From: an uncultured delta proteobacterium
GTDB taxonomy: Bacteria > Desulfobacterota > Desulfobacteria > Desulfobacterales > UBA2156
Direction of reading: 5' to 3'
DNA: 64,000 nt
NCBI GenBank assembly: GCA_963736855.1
Contig: CAVTQK010000017.1
Location: 128,001 to 192,000 of the forward strand
This document shows positions 61,897 through 64,000 of the stretch, in pieces; within the stretch, counting starts at the first letter, position 1; each line of letters starts with the position of its first letter. The notes under the pieces are model-generated. The model was not told the origin of the DNA and searched no databases. It worked only from the letters and a program-made list of their open reading frames with translations. The translations under genes were made by a program, and so were the position numbers.

Positions 61897-63927
61897 ATGG
61901 CAACACGAATCAGACGATGGACGGGTTATATGATTTTTTGGATCTGTATTTTCACCGCGGGCTCTTCCTGGGCTCAACCGGAGCCAAACGGGCAGGATCG
62001 GACTCATTCCCCTTATTTTTTTATTCAAAGCGATGATCCGAATGTGGATCGTCTCCCCCTGAAGTCCACCTCGGTGAAGGTGAATATCGTCGGTGTCATT
62101 GCCGATGTTACCGTTTCCCAGGTCTATGAAAACCAGGGTGGCCGACCCATCGAGGCGATTTATGTGTTTCCGGCATCCACCCGGGCGGCGGTCTATGCCA
62201 TGAAAATGACCGTAGGTGAGCGAACGGTTACGGCGGTGATCGAGAAGCGTGAAGAAGCCCGGCGCCGATATGAACAGGCCAAAGCAGAAGGTAAAAGCGC
62301 ATTGCTTCTGGAACAACACCGACCCAACGTATTCCAGATGAACGTGGGGAACATCCTGCCTAAGGATGTAATCCGTGTGGAGATGCGCTATACCGAACTG
62401 CTGGTTCCTATCAAATCCGTTTATGAATTCGTTTATCCCACGGTGGTGGGACCCCGGTATGCCGGAGACCAGGGAGACGGCATTCTTCCCAATGAAGGTT
62501 GGATCGAAAATCCGTATCTGAGACAGGGTGAGACTCCTTCCTACCGTTTCGATGCTTCGGTGAGGATCGCGGCCGGGATGCCCATTCAAGATGTCTCATG
62601 CCCTTCCCATAAATTGCACATCCAGTACCTCGGACCGGACGTGGCAAAGGCTAACCTTGATTCTTCTGAACAAAACGGCGAAAATCGGGATGTTATTTTA
62701 AGATACCGGCTCAATGGCTCCAGAGTGCAAACCGGTCTCATGCTGTTGGAAGGCGAAAAGGAAAATTTTTTCCTGCTGATGGCACAGCCCCCGGAGCGGG
62801 TGGTTATGGAACAGGTCCCGCCCCGGGAGTACATCTTCATCGTGGATGTTTCCGGGTCCATGCATGGATACCCGTTGGATATTTCCAAGCAGTTGTTCAA
62901 GACACTGATTTCCGGGTTGCGTCCGGAAGACCGATTCAACGTCCTTCTTTTTGCCGCGGGTTTTTCGATGCTGGCGGAGCGTTCCCTGCCCGTCACTCCT
63001 GAAAATATTCGTAACGCCATCGATACCATCGATCACCAGAGGGGTGGCGGCGGCACACGACTTCTCCCGGCTCTGAAAAAAGCAATGGACTCCCCGAAGA
63101 CTGAGGGGTATTCCCGCATCGTGGTGATTGCCACGGACGGTTATGTCTCCGTCGAGACAGAGGCTTTCGACCTGATTCGTCAAAATCTGAATCATGCAAA
63201 CGTATTTGCCTTCGGCATCGGATCGAGCGTGAATCGGTTCCTTATCGAAGGGATGGCGAGGGCAGGGATGGGAGAACCCTTTGTCATCACAAACCCCGAG
63301 ACAGCAAAAAGCCAGGCCAAAACCTTTCAGGAGATGATCGAACGACCGGTTCTCACCGGCATACGCATCGACTATGGCGATTTCAGGGTCTATGACGTTC
63401 AACCGCACTCCGTTCCGGATATCATGGCCGAGCGGCCCGTGGTGATCTTTGGAAAGTGGCGCGGAAAACCAAAAGGAAATATTACGCTGACCGGAACACT
63501 GGGTAACCGCCCTTACACTCAAGCAATTTCCGTTGAATCTGTCTTGCCGGATAAGCAAAATGAGGCCTTGAAATATTTATGGGCGCGCCATCGTATTGCC
63601 GTATTGTCCGATGATCATCAGCTTCGGCCCGACGATGCTCGAACCCGAGAGATCACGCAGCTGGGGCTTTCTTACAGCCTTCTGACCGCTTACACTTCTT
63701 TTGTGGCGGTGGACAGTCAGGTCCGGATAAAGGATGGGAAGGCCGTCGTGGTAAAACAGCCCCTCCCCCTGCCTCAGGGAGTGTCCGATCTGGCATTAGG
63801 AGGAGAGCCCCTGGCCCAGTCTGCCTTTAAAGGCCTTGGACATTTCATGCCGCAGGCAAGCCCGTACCCCCTTGCCCGGGAAGAGTCAAAAAGCGCGGAC
63901 ATCAAGAATCGAGTCCGGCGCCGATAA
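61897..63927 (+). CDS. Exported VIT plus vWA domain protein; C-terminus probably frameshifted and continuing past the window
   Basis: Signal peptide, VIT (IEAIYVFP), MIDAS DVSGS, TDG, TSFVAVD. Confidence 0.88.
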   Translation: MATRIRRWTGYMIFWICIFTAGSSWAQPEPNGQDRTHSPYFFIQSDDPNVDRLPLKSTSVKVNIVGVIADVTVSQVYENQGGRPIEAIYVFPASTRAAVYAMKMTVGERTVTAVIEKREEARRRYEQAKAEGKSALLLEQHRPNVFQMNVGNILPKDVIRVEMRYTELLVPIKSVYEFVYPTVVGPRYAGDQGDGILPNEGWIENPYLRQGETPSYRFDASVRIAAGMPIQDVSCPSHKLHIQYLGPDVAKANLDSSEQNGENRDVILRYRLNGSRVQTGLMLLEGEKENFFLLMAQPPERVVMEQVPPREYIFIVDVSGSMHGYPLDISKQLFKTLISGLRPEDRFNVLLFAAGFSMLAERSLPVTPENIRNAIDTIDHQRGGGGTRLLPALKKAMDSPKTEGYSRIVVIATDGYVSVETEAFDLIRQNLNHANVFAFGIGSSVNRFLIEGMARAGMGEPFVITNPETAKSQAKTFQEMIERPVLTGIRIDYGDFRVYDVQPHSVPDIMAERPVVIFGKWRGKPKGNITLTGTLGNRPYTQAISVESVLPDKQNEALKYLWARHRIAVLSDDHQLRPDDARTREITQLGLSYSLLTAYTSFVAVDSQVRIKDGKAVVVKQPLPLPQGVSDLALGGEPLAQSAFKGLGHFMPQASPYPLAREESKSADIKNRVRRR

Positions 63928-64000
63928 AAACGAAAGAGAAAAATCAGTCACAACCATCGATCGGCTTGAGGTCACAGACGGATTATCACTCCCAACAATC

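Overview
Bacterial chromosomal window. Gene content and order suggest a sulfate-reducing Desulfobacterota (Desulfobacterales-like); this is inferred, not proven. Bases 1-16.8 kb are intact housekeeping genes: a tRNA nucleotidyltransferase, coaE, rho, rpmE, prfA, prmC, rpsB-tsf-pyrH-frr-uppS-cdsA-dxr-rseP, purL and purQ. Bases 17-28.3 kb hold a GspE/PilB ATPase and a type IV minor-pilin locus behind a sigma54-type promoter (fimT-pilW-pilV-pilX-pilY1-pilY2-like-DUF4124-LysM/TsaP-like). That locus carries five frameshifts, and its PilY1 has two inserted golvesin/xanthan-lyase-like beta domains. Next come groESL, an fmdB-like gene, an unannotated 32-aa bS22-like gene, hflKC, a dciA-like gene, a tRNA methylase and DUF1015. 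Between two tRNA-Ser genes (37.3-44.1 kb) lies a signalling island with no apparent output genes. It contains an OrpR-like Fe-S-PAS sigma54 activator, a NifX/ORP-family protein, a Cache kinase interrupted by one in-frame TAG, a ChpT-like phosphotransfer protein, and canonical, pseudo- and truncated receivers. The rest holds dnaX (candidate -1 frameshift site)-ybaB-recR-ykgJ-degenerate murI, an M48 protease, tRNA-Phe, FHA-HD-GYP, glgP, a CdaA-CdaR fusion, an ECF sigma/anti-sigma pair sharing a promoter motif with a VIT-vWA gene, an mltD-like gene and lutABC. Several short structured MITE/REP-like elements occur, two with target-site duplications. No CRISPR array, rRNA gene, integrase or transposase was seen. 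Some frameshifts may be assembly errors.
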